This document shows, in pieces, positions 25,726-37,493 of a DNA stretch of 64,000 nt. The stretch comes from Octopus sinensis (lineage: Eukaryota). Made by a program: the position numbers and the translations under genes. Numbering within the stretch: position 1 is the first letter of the stretch; every line of letters starts with the position of its first letter. The DNA is taken from assembly GCF_006345805.1 (NCBI RefSeq), contig NC_043001.1:90644001-90708000 (forward strand), written 5' to 3'. A model generated the notes under the pieces. It was not told the DNA's origin. It searched no databases and saw only the letters and a list, made by a program, of their open reading frames with translations.

Positions 25726-28700
25726 TTTCTTTATTACCTATAAAAGGCTACATAGTGGGGGACAGAACAATCACTAATGATTTTACAATTATGATGCATT
25801 TTGGGATCGATAAAAATTTGGATGATAGTTATACAGTTTCGAATGATAGTACATATACATTGGACAATTTTTAGAAATGGAGTGGGGCAGGTCTACGGAT
25901 CCCACGAACCCCGCCACGACACTTGGTCTTACGTTTTTTTTTCTTTTTTTTTCTCCGTCCTATCTCGTATTTATGAGGGACCTTTTACTCACGACATTTT
26001 TCCTTTCATTGAACACTTTCTTACTCAGGCTCCTCCTCTCTAGTTCTATTTGTCTTTTCATGTGGAATTTAAAAAAGACCACCAGACTAGAACCAGAGAT
26101 GAAGTCGCCTGTTATCATCCCTATCATCCTTGTCTTCCATACTACTTGTTTCGCAGTTGAAACTACAGAAAGAAAACAATTCTTACCTTCTTTCGTTAAG
26201 AAATCCGGTGGTCTGATTTTTACAATTGATTCAGCTGACAGCTGTACTCCTCCTCCATCTGACAACAGCTGTTCGGCAAAAACCCACATATCTGCCACCT
26301 CCGAACACTGTACGATCGCGTGCGAGACGGTTTCCTTGTCTCGCCCACACCTGGGACAGGTCGGGCTGACTTGGTATCCATGCCTTGCGAGTTTGTCCCG
26401 AACAGGTAAGGCACCTCGGTAACACTGCCAAGCCAAGGACTTCTGAAAATTATCCAGGGTCCCCGGCCCAAATGTACGTTGGAACAGACTGGCCAGCTGA
26501 TTATCGTCGAAACCTAGGGTCTCCCCTAGCGTATCATGGCAACCGGCCTCTACAAACCCTCTATAGAAAATAGCGGTAGAACCACTGCCGCAGGCATTGC
26601 CCGAGCGGCGGAATAGGCGGAGTGCCTTGCGACACTCCGTATACCATGAACCCAACTTCGATCTACGATTATACCAGTCTTCCCGTCCACCGAAACTGGT
26701 GAACCTGGGGAACATCTGTTTCGCCAGCGGAGACCACACCCGTTCACCATCCAGATGGATCCACATTAGCCACGGCATCCCTAGTCCACCCTTTAACGGT
26801 TTTTGACAACAAATAGAGTGTCTCACAAGTGGATTCGAGCCCTTCCACAAGAAGAGGAAGAGCTGTCTTTCCAACCTGGTCAACCATGAATCCGGGCGAG
26901 GCACGACGGCAAGGCGGTGGGTGATCACCGATGCGATAAACACATTGGCTACCTCCGTCCTACCTTTCAGGGATAACCACCGCCAAGACCAGGTCTTGAC
27001 TACTGCGGCCACCCTGCTCGATACTTCGCTCCAGTTCTTCTCTATTTGGAGGTCTGGTCCAAACCAAACCCCGAGCAACTTAATCGGACCCTCCGTCCAA
27101 CGTCCCAACTTTTGCTCCTGTCACCGTCTCGTAAACCTCTATGGCCTTGCCTACTTTACGTAGGAGGTCCACTTCGGTCATGATGATAGTAATGTCATCC
27201 GCGTACGCCGAAACCGACATTCCACGACCTGGCTGCCTCGGGATGCCGCTCAGTTTTCGCAGCAGCGGCTCAAGAGCCACTACATACATAAGCGGGGAGA
27301 GCGGACATCCCTGACGAACCGAGCATTTGACCTTGAACGGCTTAGAAAGAAAGCCGTTCACCCGAACTACCGAGTCGATGTTGTCGTACATTTCGATGAT
27401 CCACCTGAGGAAGCCAAGACCCAGGCCGAACTGAGCCAGAACGGACACCAGGTAGTGATGGTCGACCCTATCGAAAGCTTTTGATTGGTCTAAATGGACC
27501 ACTGCCCCTCCCTTGCGGGGATCGTTATTAATTCCCTCTATAGTGTATCTAATGAGATGGAGATTATCCTGAATGGACCTGCCCGGTACGGCACACGTTT
27601 GTGCTTTCCCAATCAGTCCACTCGCGACACGCGCCAATCTGTTCGATAACACTTGGGCCAAAATCTTCAGCTCTGCGTTAAGCAGAGTGATGGGCCTAAA
27701 ATTATCAATGACATCCCCCTTACTCGGGTCCTTCCTGACTAGTGTCACCACTCCCCGACGCACAGATCTGGGAATAAACCCATTCTGTTGCCAGTTCGCG
27801 TAGACGTTCGCCAGTAAGTCCCCGAACAAGTCCGGCATACTCTTGTAAAGCTCGTAGAGTAGACCATCCAGTCCCGGTGCCTTACCTGCACCGCAGTCAG
27901 CCATGGCCTCTATCACTTCAAAACCAGCCTCTTGACCTTCACCTGGGCCTCAGTGCCAGTTCGTATTGCTTCCTCTAAGTCCTTGACTAGTGTTGATTCC
28001 TTTCTAGCCTCTCTAGCTACAAGATCTATACTATACCTAATAGACTCGTATCGGATGGCTCGCTTGAGGGCATACCACCATTTGTTGTTAATAATGGATC
28101 CGGTCATGGCCCTCTGAATAATTAACCTAATCCTGTCACTGTACTCCTTAATCGCCAAGAGGGACGTATTAAGTTTCCAGTAACCAGAACCTCTATTTGT
28201 CTTATCTATGTCTAGCCTACAGGTGACTATCTTGTGGTCACTGTAGCTGACCATGTGGAGCTGTGGACTCTTAGCTAGGTTTCTATCTACCTTTCTAATT
28301 AATATCCTGTCTAAGTATGACTTGGAAGATCCGCCGTCTCTTGACCATGTCCACAATGGCACGTTCGGATGTTCCAGCCTATATGGATCTACCAGCTCAA
28401 AACGTCTTAGTAGATCCAGGAAGCAAGCATTTCCTTTCCTATCTGTACGCGAGCCTTCACAGTCTACCCGCGCATCGCATACTGTGTTGAAGTCTCCTAA
28501 CATTACTAAAGGATGCGTTGTACTCGGAAAATTACCGAGGTTACGAAAATAATCACTTTGCCCTTTGTTTTCGTTGGGTGCGTAAATCGCACCCAGGCTG
28601 ATTGTCTTACGACTACTGAACGTCAAATCAACGACGACCAGCCTACCCTCTGGATCTGCAAAAATCAACTTTTTCTCAGAAACCCGGTTCTTTTTACACA

Positions 28701-30690
28701 GGACCAACACCCCGCTTCCGCCGGACGACGGGTTCGGAGAGATAATTCTCTCGTAACCGTCGAACAGCGGGAGCAGATCTCTTGGCCCCTTTAACCGGGT
28801 TTCTGTGGCAACAACAACATCTAAATCTCGTGACCTGATGTCATTTAGGAGGCGCCCTTGCTTCCAGTTCGACATCAGGCCACGCACATTTATACACCCT
28901 ACACAAATACGAGACATTTCTTACCTTTTTAAAAAGTGTTCTTTATATCCCTGTTGGTCGTGGGGGGGAAGTCCGCCTTAAAAAATAACTCGTGCAGGTC
29001 GAGTCGCGGACCCCTGACATCCCCCGAGTACTGCGCACTTATGATATTGTAGTTTAACATGTCCATCTTGTATACTTCCACGTTTTTTGGCAGTTTTTTA
29101 AAGGTCTGCACTTTTTCTGCAGTTGGTATGTTTTCCATTTCGCTCTTTAGTCTATCGTTTTCTTTGTTTATTGCGGCGAAATCTGTCTGGAACTCGGTAA
29201 TTTTGGGGGGGCTTTGTGGGGGTGATGGGGAGGACAGCGGAGAGTATGATGGGGGGGGAGCACTGGGATATGTTTGGGAGGGGAGAGTATTGCTCGGCAC
29301 TGAGGGGTGGGGGTGGTTCGGGTTGGACTGGGGGGTCTTTTCTTTTTTACCTTTTTGTGGGGAACCGTGGTTGGGTGGGGTAGGTTTCCACCCTGGGTGT
29401 TAGTCTTCTTTGTATATGGAATGGGTGGGTTTGAATCACTATTTTTCCTTTTTTTCTTTTGCCTCGGTGTTATGAAGGCATCTTCCTCTTCCTGTTTCTT
29501 CTCTTCTTTTGTCTCTGTGTTCTTCTTCTTCGCCTCTTCTTCGGCTTTTTTCCTCTTCCTCTTTCTTGCGGGTGGGGCATTCCGCTCGGATGTGGCCCTT
29601 TTCGCCACACCCGTAGTATCTTGGCTTTCGCCCTTCTACCACCACCCGCAAGTTTATTTCTTCATCGAAGTTTATGTTTTCTGGCACCTCCTCTAGAGTT
29701 TCTGGGGCCGCCTGCACTAGTATCTGTAGTGTTTGGCCTCTCCAGTTCTCTTTTTGCATGTTTACTATGTTTAAAATGTTTATTTTATTTTCTAGCCCTA
29801 TTAATAGGGCTGGAATGAGGCACTTCACCTCAATTTCAGGGGTAATTTCTTCAATTCTTATTTTTGATGTCCTTCGTCCCATATACGAAGGTAGGAGAAT
29901 TATTTCCGTTGTTTTTATGGGGTAAATAGAATGCTTTTTTGCCTGCTCTTCTTTGAAATATACTGTTATTGTAGCATACTTCTTGCCCCATGTTACATAG
30001 TCTATGTCTCTCCATATCGGCTGGAGACATTTTTCAGCTTGTTCCTTTGTAACTTTATCAATTTTTTTCTCTTTTATAATAAAAGATTTGTATATCACTG
30101 TTCTTCTCAATGTGCTGTTTTTAATCTCTTTTGGGAGGGTGGCCTTTACGCTGTTCCCCTCCCTTGTAAACATTGCTTTGTATTTATCAAATTCTATGTC
30201 TTCTACTTTTATTTCTTCAGATTTCCTGCCGGCTGTGGCTGCAAAGTTGTACATCTTTTTTTCTTTCTCGGTTTCACCCGCAGGTGAACTATCACATACT
30301 GTTTTTGGTTTGGACGCATCCATTTCTTTTTTAGACTGTATGGTTTTCTTTGTAGGTGAACCTACAATGGTTTCCCTTGAAGGTGAACCTTCGTCGGTTA
30401 CATCTTCATACATCCTTTCGGAAGAAAGAACGTTTTCTTTATTCATTTCAGCAAAAATGAGTGGGGGGTTGGGTGGGGGGGTTCTATGCTACAAAGCACA
30501 CTTTCCCTTCCTTATAGGAGGGGACTAACAATATTTTCCTGGTCAAACACCAGGTGAATAACAGTTCAATTAACAATTTTTAAAAAGAGTTTAACACCAC
30601 TTCAATATCCAAAAACAGATAAACATTTACTTACAAGCAATATAACATATGACAAAATCCAGTGTTACTGAGTTCTAAAGAGTATCGATG
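25726..30690 (-). mobile_element. Tx1-array unit D: L1/Tx1-clade LINE with ORF1 and ORF2
   Basis: ORF1 30446 to 28929 (frameshifted; ..GCGEKGHIRAEC); ORF2 starts 12 nt later. Confidence 0.92.
25960..28917 (-). pseudogene. ORF2 of unit D: AP endonuclease, reverse transcriptase, C-terminal Zn finger (frameshifts, apparent EN-RT linker deletion)
   Basis: CINVRG, ATET, LGDFN, SYLDRIL, SDH (EN); KAPGLDG, RPITLLN, DQSKAFDRV, RQGCPLSP, YADD (RT); CPRC..KETVSHAIVQC. Confidence 0.92.
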
Positions 30691-30691
30691 A

Positions 30692-32362
30692 TTTCTTTAT
30701 TACCCACTAGGGGCGACATAGAGGGGACACTACAAGACATTGGGGACATAGAACATTATAAAATAAAAGTATGTGAGATGAAATTTTGCAAATGATAATA
30801 TGAAAGTGATGCTAACGGCCCAATCCGCCAGCACCACTTACCTGTCCTTCATAACCCATCGTCATTTATCATCTTCAATCAAAAGCCCATATGTCTTTAT
30901 CATTCTCTCAGTCTTCCTTTCAATCTCTTTCACCGTCTCGTCCGCAAATGTTACCTTAATCACTTTCACACCCTCATTTACACACTTCGCCATAATTCCC
31001 TCCATTTGTTCCCTAGGCCCCACCGCATAACTCCCTTCTGCTCTCTCATACCATGAATAATTGTTTATTATGTCTTTCGAATCCTCAGTGTCCTCTCTTT
31101 TTACGAAACATAAAATATGGGGCTGGGATCTTGTTTACTTTGTGTGTCTGCGTTGTTTTTTGGTTTTCTTGTAGGCGGGGAATGGGTGGAATCACTGTTT
31201 GTAGGGGAAGGATGGGACTCAGAGGGTGCGGGTGGTGTTGGGGTGGGTTGGGGTTCACCATAATTCGATTTTCTTCTCTTTTTTCTCTTCTTTCTTGCAT
31301 CTTCCCATTTAGTCTGAGCTTCCTCCTCCTCGGTTCTTCCTCCTCAACTTGTTTTTGCTCCACCTCCTCCTTTTCCTGGTTCACAGTTTCCTTTTGTGGG
31401 GGAGGGCAGTTATCTCTTATGTGGCCCCTCAGGCCACACTTATAGCATCTTGGTGCTCTGCCCTCCACCCATACTCTCATTACAATATTTCCCATGTTTA
31501 CGTTGTCGGTCATTCTTTCGAGTGTACCCTCCTCCGCTTGTACACTCATTTCAAGCGTCTTACCTCGCCAGCCTTCACTCTTTACGGTAGCCTGCAAGAT
31601 GTCTACCTACTCTTCGACTTCTTTTATTACCGCTGCAACAACCCATTCACCTTCTATGTGGGCGGGGGGTTATCTCTTCCACTCTTATTCTTGTGGTTCT
31701 CTTGTTCATATATGTTGGTAATAAGATTACCTTTTCTGTTTTGATCGCCTTTGCTGCCATTTTTCTCGCCATATTCTTACTTCCAAACTGCACCATTATC
31801 GTTCCGTACTCACTACCTCTCGCCACAAATACAATTTCTTCTTCCACTCTCCTTAACGCCTCCTCAATATCTTCCATTTTTATCATCTCCACTCTCTTGT
31901 TATCATTTACATATGTCCGGTACTTAATAAATCTTTTCTCAAACCATTCACTACGTTTTTCTGGTGGTAATAGTTTTACCTCTCCTCCTTCCTTCATCAT
32001 ATATGCCTGAAAGCCTGGCAACTTTTCCAGGTCTCTCTCCTTTTCTTCTGTCTTCCTTGCTGCTCCATCATACGTCTTACCGACCTTTACATCCATTTTA
32101 TTGACGGCACCAATTAGCTCGTCCTCGGAGGTCGATGCCTCCGATATACTCTCGAATAGCCTTTCTTCTGCCGTCTCTCCCATTAGGGAGGGGCGGTCCA
32201 TCACTTTTTGTCTGTCTCAATACAGACAGACAACGGCCGACAGACCGAAAACAGTGTAACAAAGTCGTATAACAAAACGTATAATTCAACAGCAAATAAT
32301 TGGCAACTTACAATAAAGTCTAAAAGAGAGAGTTTTTGAGTATCCTCTAAAGAGTATCGATG
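30692..32362 (-). mobile_element. Tx1-array unit E: ORF1-only element
   Basis: ORF1 32204 to about 31085 (frameshifted): LLPTYMNKR, VEGRAPRCYKCGLRGHIRDNC; shared tail. Confidence 0.82.
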
Positions 32363-32363
32363 A

Positions 32364-32527
32364 TTTCTTTATTACCCACTAGGGGCGACATAGAGGGGAC
32401 ACTACAAGACATTGGGGACATAGAACATTCTAAAATAAAAGTAAGATGAAATTTTGCAAATGATAATATGAAAGTGATGCTAACGGCCCCATCCGCCAGC
32501 ACCACTTACTTGTCCTTCATAACCCAT
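32364..32527 (-). mobile_element. Tx1-array unit F: 5'-truncated 3' end of the unit-E family
   Basis: Nearly identical to 30692-30859. Confidence 0.85.
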
Positions 32528-32819
32528 ATACGATGTGTTCTATGGTGTTGATTCAGTAATTATCGATCATCGTTAATTATACTCAATGTTAGACTGTATG
32601 AGGTGGTTAATGTATGATGCTAATGTCGTGGATTTTTTTATATAGTGGTGAATAAATGAATTCTTGCGTCCCCTATATCTATTTCTAAAATCAGTAGTAC
32701 TCCCTATATAAATTTTCCTAAGTCCGGAGCGTTAAACTAATAAACCTGTTTGCTGTTTACACACCCGTCTTCGTCTTTTGTTCGTTTCTTTTGTAAATTC
32801 CAAATATATATTTATATAT

Positions 32820-32861
<42 letters not shown>

Positions 32862-32958
32862 CGGGAAGCTTTATGAAAATAAACAAAAGACGAAGGCAGG
32901 TGGAAAACAAACGAACAATTGTATTAGTATGGCGCTCAGGAAATATAAATAAAACAAG

Positions 32959-32996
32959 TCTTTAACGTTTCGAGCCTACGCTCTTCAACAGAAAGA
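32959..32996 (-). ncRNA. Minimal hammerhead ribozyme motif (PLE repeat 1)
   Basis: UCUUU-CUGUUGA-A-GAGC-GUAG-GCUC-GAAA-CGUU-AAAGA: stems I and II form, palindromic ACGU stem III, A6U core variant. Confidence 0.7.
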
Positions 32997-33826
32997 TACA
33001 CAGAGAGAGAAAAACACAGAAAGAAGGAGAGAAAAAAAATGCGTGCAGTAGCTAACGAATCAACATGGCGATCTGATTTCGGCCAGAGGTCAAAGATCAA
33101 ACATGAGACGCGAGAGCGAAATAAGGGGAGATAATAGGGTTGATAAATGGGTTGAGGGACCAGCTAAAAGTGCGTGGGAGGGGTCTGGATGTGTGTTTGT
33201 ATAGGGTTGGTGTATGTATTAGTATGTATAAGGGTGTGTGTGTGTGTGTGTGTGTGTATGAGAGAGTATTAGTGCGTAAGATTGGTCTGGACATGCGTAT
33301 GTATGGGGTTGGTGTATGTATTAGTATGTATTAGTATGTATTAGTACGTATTGGTATGTATAGGTGTGTGTGTGTGTGTGTGAGAGAGTATAAGTGCGTA
33401 TGCGGGGTCTGGACGTGTGTATGTATAGGGTTGGTGTAAGTATTAGTATGTACTAGTATGTATTAGTACGTATTAGTATGTATTAGTTGGTGTGTGTATT
33501 AGTATGGCACATCATATGTGATGTGATGTGTAAAGTCATGTGGTGTAGTGAGGAGAAGAGGGGGACGGGGAGAAGAGGGGGACGGGGAAAGAGGGGGGAG
33601 AAAGGGAGGGGAAGAAGAGGGGGAGGAGAAGGGGGAGAGGAGAGGATGGGGGAGAAGGAAGGGGATGAGGGGGAGAGAGAAGGGGAGAGAGAGGGAGTGA
33701 GGGAGCAGAGGGAAGGGGAAGAGGGAGGGAGAAAGAGGGAGAAGGAAGGGGAGTAGGGGTGAAAGGATGAAGGACTGAAGAAGTAGGGGTCGGGGGGAGA
33801 AAGGATAGGTGAGGAGGGGGGTGAGG

Positions 33827-36786
33827 TTAGATGAGGAGGGGGGGAGAGTTGAGACCAAATGGCGTATAAGAGCGAAGAGAGAAGATTAATTCCTGTTCAC
33901 GGCGCAAACGGGAATCCGGATGGCCTCTGTGTAAGGACAAACCGAACACAGATAGGTGTTGCAAGGAGTGACCGGTGGAGCGGAAATGGCGTGAGACCGG
34001 TGTGTCGTTCGCAAGGTGGATGTCACGAAGGTGTTCCGCGAACCGGTCAGCCAAGCGGCGTCCCGTTTGTCCGATGTACAAGGAATTGCAGAGAGAGCAA
34101 GAGATGCAATAGATAATATTGCTGGAGGTGCAGGTGAAGGAGTGGATGATGGGATAGGGTCGATGGTGGGTGCTAGTGAGGCGGGTGGTGTTGGAGAGGT
34201 AAGGGCAAGTGCGGCAACGTGGGCGGGAGCAGGGGAACGAGCCGGGTTGGGAGGTAGGGTCAGGGAAGGAGCTATGGACCAAAAGGTCTCGAAGGTTGTG
34301 GGCTCGTTTGAAAGAGGGGAGGAGTCGGTTAGGGAAGAGGTGTGAAGTGGACGGGTCGGACTGGAGATGACGGAAAGCTCGAAGAATGGTGCGTTGGAGA
34401 CGTAGGGTCGTGGGGTGGTAAGTGAGGGGAAAAGGGAGGCGGGAGACTACAGGGCGGGTTCGGGGAGAGAGAGCAGATACACGGTCCACGGACCGTGCTC
34501 TGGCAAGGGCGGTGTGGATAGTGGTGAGGGGGTATCCACGTAGGGTGAAGTGGTGAGCCATACGTTGAGACTGAGTCTCAAGTCATGGTCGTCACTACAG
34601 AGCCTACGTAGACGGAGGAATTGGGAATAGGGGATGGAAAGCTTGGTGTGTTCTGGGTGGGAGGAAGAGAAGTTGAGGTATGAGTGTGAGTCTGTGTGTT
34701 TGTAGTGAATGGAGGTGGTAAGAGTGGAGTGAAGAATGCTAACCGAAATGTCGAGGAAGGAGACAGAGGTGTTGGAGATAGTGGAAGTGAAGTGGAGGGC
34801 TGGATGGAAAGATTGGACGAAAGAGAGGAAGGAATCTAGATGTTCGCGGGAGAGTGAGGTGGCACCGATAATGTCGTCAATATAACGACCATATAGTTCA
34901 GGAGTGGGACCAGTGAAATTAGAGAATATTTGGGCCTCAACATAGCCAACGAACAGGTTCGCATAGTTGGGGCCCATTCGCGTTCCCATGGCCACTCCCG
35001 AGACCTGATGGTAGAACTCGCCCGCGAACGAGAAGCAGTTCAGAGTAAGGACAAGTTCGGCCAGACGAATGAGTGTGGAGGTGTCAGGTACAGGTTAGAG
35101 CGGAGGTCAAGAAAGTGTCGAAGGGCCTGCAGTCCTTCGTGGTGAGGGATAACAGTATAGAGGCTTTGGATGTCCATAGTAAAAAGGATTTTGGAGGAGC
35201 CGGGAGGAAAGGAGAAAGAGTTGAAAAGCCGGAGAGCATGGTTGGTATCGTGGATGTGGGAGGGAAGAGATGCCACTAGGGGGGCAAGGACACGGTCGAG
35301 GTATTTAGAGATGAGCTCCGTGGGGCAGTTACAGGCGGAGACGATGGGGCGGCCAGGGTTGTTGGGTTTGGGGATTTTGGGGAGGAAGTAAATGGTGGGG
35401 GTACGTGGGGTTCGCACAATTAGGTTGGATGCGGTGCGGGGGAGACGGGAGGACGAGATGAGGTCTTGGACAGTAGAGGATACCGTCTGTTGGTAGCTAC
35501 GTGTGGGGTTAGAGGGCAGAGGGGAATAGAAGGAGGTGTCATTGAGTTGGCGGAAAGCCTCGGCCCTATAGAGGTCCGCGCGCCACACCACTACAGCTCC
35601 ACCCTTGTCAGCCGGTTTGATGATAATGTCAGCGCGCCGTTGGAGGGAACGAAGAGCCAAGAGCTCAGCCGGGGAGATGTTGAGGCGGCGTTGGCGCCTG
35701 GAGAAGTTGAACCGCTCCAATGCACGCTGACAAGCGCCCGCGAAAAGATCCACTGCTAGGATCTGGCCAGGGGCAGGCGTCCACGGGGATGGTCGGCGGC
35801 CCAGGCCAGTGAAGCAGTCGTCCTCTTCGTTGGGTGTGGGTGGCGAGTCGTGGTAATGCGCACACAACCGGACACGGCGCACAAAGCTGTGGACATCAAC
35901 TCGCGTCTGGAATTCCTTACAGGATGGAGTGAGGGGGATGAAACGCAGACCCCTACCAAGGACGGAGCGTTCAGCCGCAGAGAGGGGAAGATCGTGGGGA
36001 ATGGTAACAACAGACGGAAGTGGAGAAGGGGTGGATGGAATAGAAGTAGGAGGGGTGGTAGGTCTCGTGGAGGTCTGAGGGGGAGGGATTGGAGAGGTGT
36101 GTGGGGGGGTGGTTGGGCGGGGCAGTAGGGTTAGGTGTAGGTGGATGGAGCCTAACGGGAGGGGAGAAGGGGTTGTAGGGAGGGGCAGTGGGGTTAGGTG
36201 TGGGTGGATGGAGCCTATCGGGAGGGGAGAAGGGTGGTGGAGGAGTTGGGGTAGTGGCGTCGGGTAGGGTGGAATGGAAGAGTGATTGGAGTTTACGAAG
36301 TTTGGTATCAGAAAGAAATTGATGGAAGAGTTGATTCAAATGGATAATGAAGCGTAGCGTGTTTGGAGCATAGAGAGGCGGCAGAGAGGAGAAGAAGGTG
36401 GAGAAAGCAGGAGGAAGAAGGCGGTTGATGGCATGTAGTTTGGAGAGATTGAAGCGAATGGTGGCCCGCATAAGGCGGTAAGATGTGGTGCGGAGTATGG
36501 GTAAGATGGAAGAATCCGAGTGGAGAGCAGGGTGGAAGTGGAGGCGGAAACCTTTAGGGATGAGTCGGTGATGTAGGCAGCGGCTTAGGAAAGAGACATG
36601 GCTAGAGAAGCGGGTTTTTTTAAAAAGAAGTAGAGAGAGATTAACGGACGGCTGAAGGCAATATACAGGAAGCGAACGTAGATGATCCTTCAAACGGTGA
36701 TGGAGAGTGAGGAGGTAGGACCTAGGATCCGGCATGATGGGATAGCGGAAAAAAAACGTTCGAAAAAAAAAAAAAAAAAAAAACAA
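33827..36786 (-). pseudogene. PLE ORF (RT plus GIY-YIG endonuclease), split by about 3 frameshifts
   Basis: ORF-track pieces 35971-36786, 35040-35882, 34447-34995 and 33827-34561 are collinear. Confidence 0.9.
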
Positions 36787-37455
36787 AAATTATCGTATGA
36801 AAAAAATAGAAAAAAAGGATAGCGAAAAAAGGGGAAAAAACAAACGTTCAAAAAAACAAAAAAATAATAATCGTATGAAAAAACTAGATAAGTAAGCGAT
36901 AGGGGCAGAAAAGACGGGGCAAACGGAAAAGGGAAAGAAAGAAGGGAAGCAGAGAGAGGGGGAGGCAAAAAAAGGGGGGTGCAGGCAGAGGAAACGGAGT
37001 ATGGACATCCAGAGAGGGAAGAAAGACGGAAAGGAGAACAAAAATTCAGGAAAATGTGGGAAGCATGAAATGAATGTAAAAAAAGTGGTAATATAAGAGG
37101 AAATAAAAATACAACAAACGGGACAGTTTATGCGAACAAGTTCAAGGTTGAAAGTTCAAGGTGAGAAATGTGTAGACGTCGTGGTATATTTTTTAAGGAT
37201 TTCACATCAATGCAAAGTCACTTTGATCCGCGAAAGAGAGGTGCAGCCAATGGTAAGTATCCAAGAGGTAAAGAAAATCCAAGGTAGAGGTAAGTGTTGA
37301 TAGTGGTATTGGTAGAATATAGGATGAAAGTGAGACCACGTGAGCGCGTAATATATAACGGGAAGCTTTATGAAAATAAACAAAAGACGAAGGCAGGTGG
37401 AAAACAAACGAACAATTGTATTAGTATGGCGCTCAGGAAATATAAATAAAACAAG

Positions 37456-37493
37456 TCTTTAACGTTTCGAGCCTACGCTCTTCAACAGAAAGA
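37456..37493 (-). ncRNA. Minimal hammerhead ribozyme motif (PLE repeat 2)
   Basis: Identical to 32959-32996. Confidence 0.7.

Noticed and set aside
20734-31744. Phe/Leu/Ser-rich plus-strand ORFs over the Tx1 array
   Set aside because: Antisense shadows of K/E-rich ORF1 linkers.
21977-32362. CRISPR-like reading of the recurring junction motif; match to 5.8S rRNA (TCGATGAAGAAC) or U2
   Set aside because: Eukaryotic locus with kb-sized coding units between motifs; the rRNA/snRNA similarity is limited to about 7 nt.
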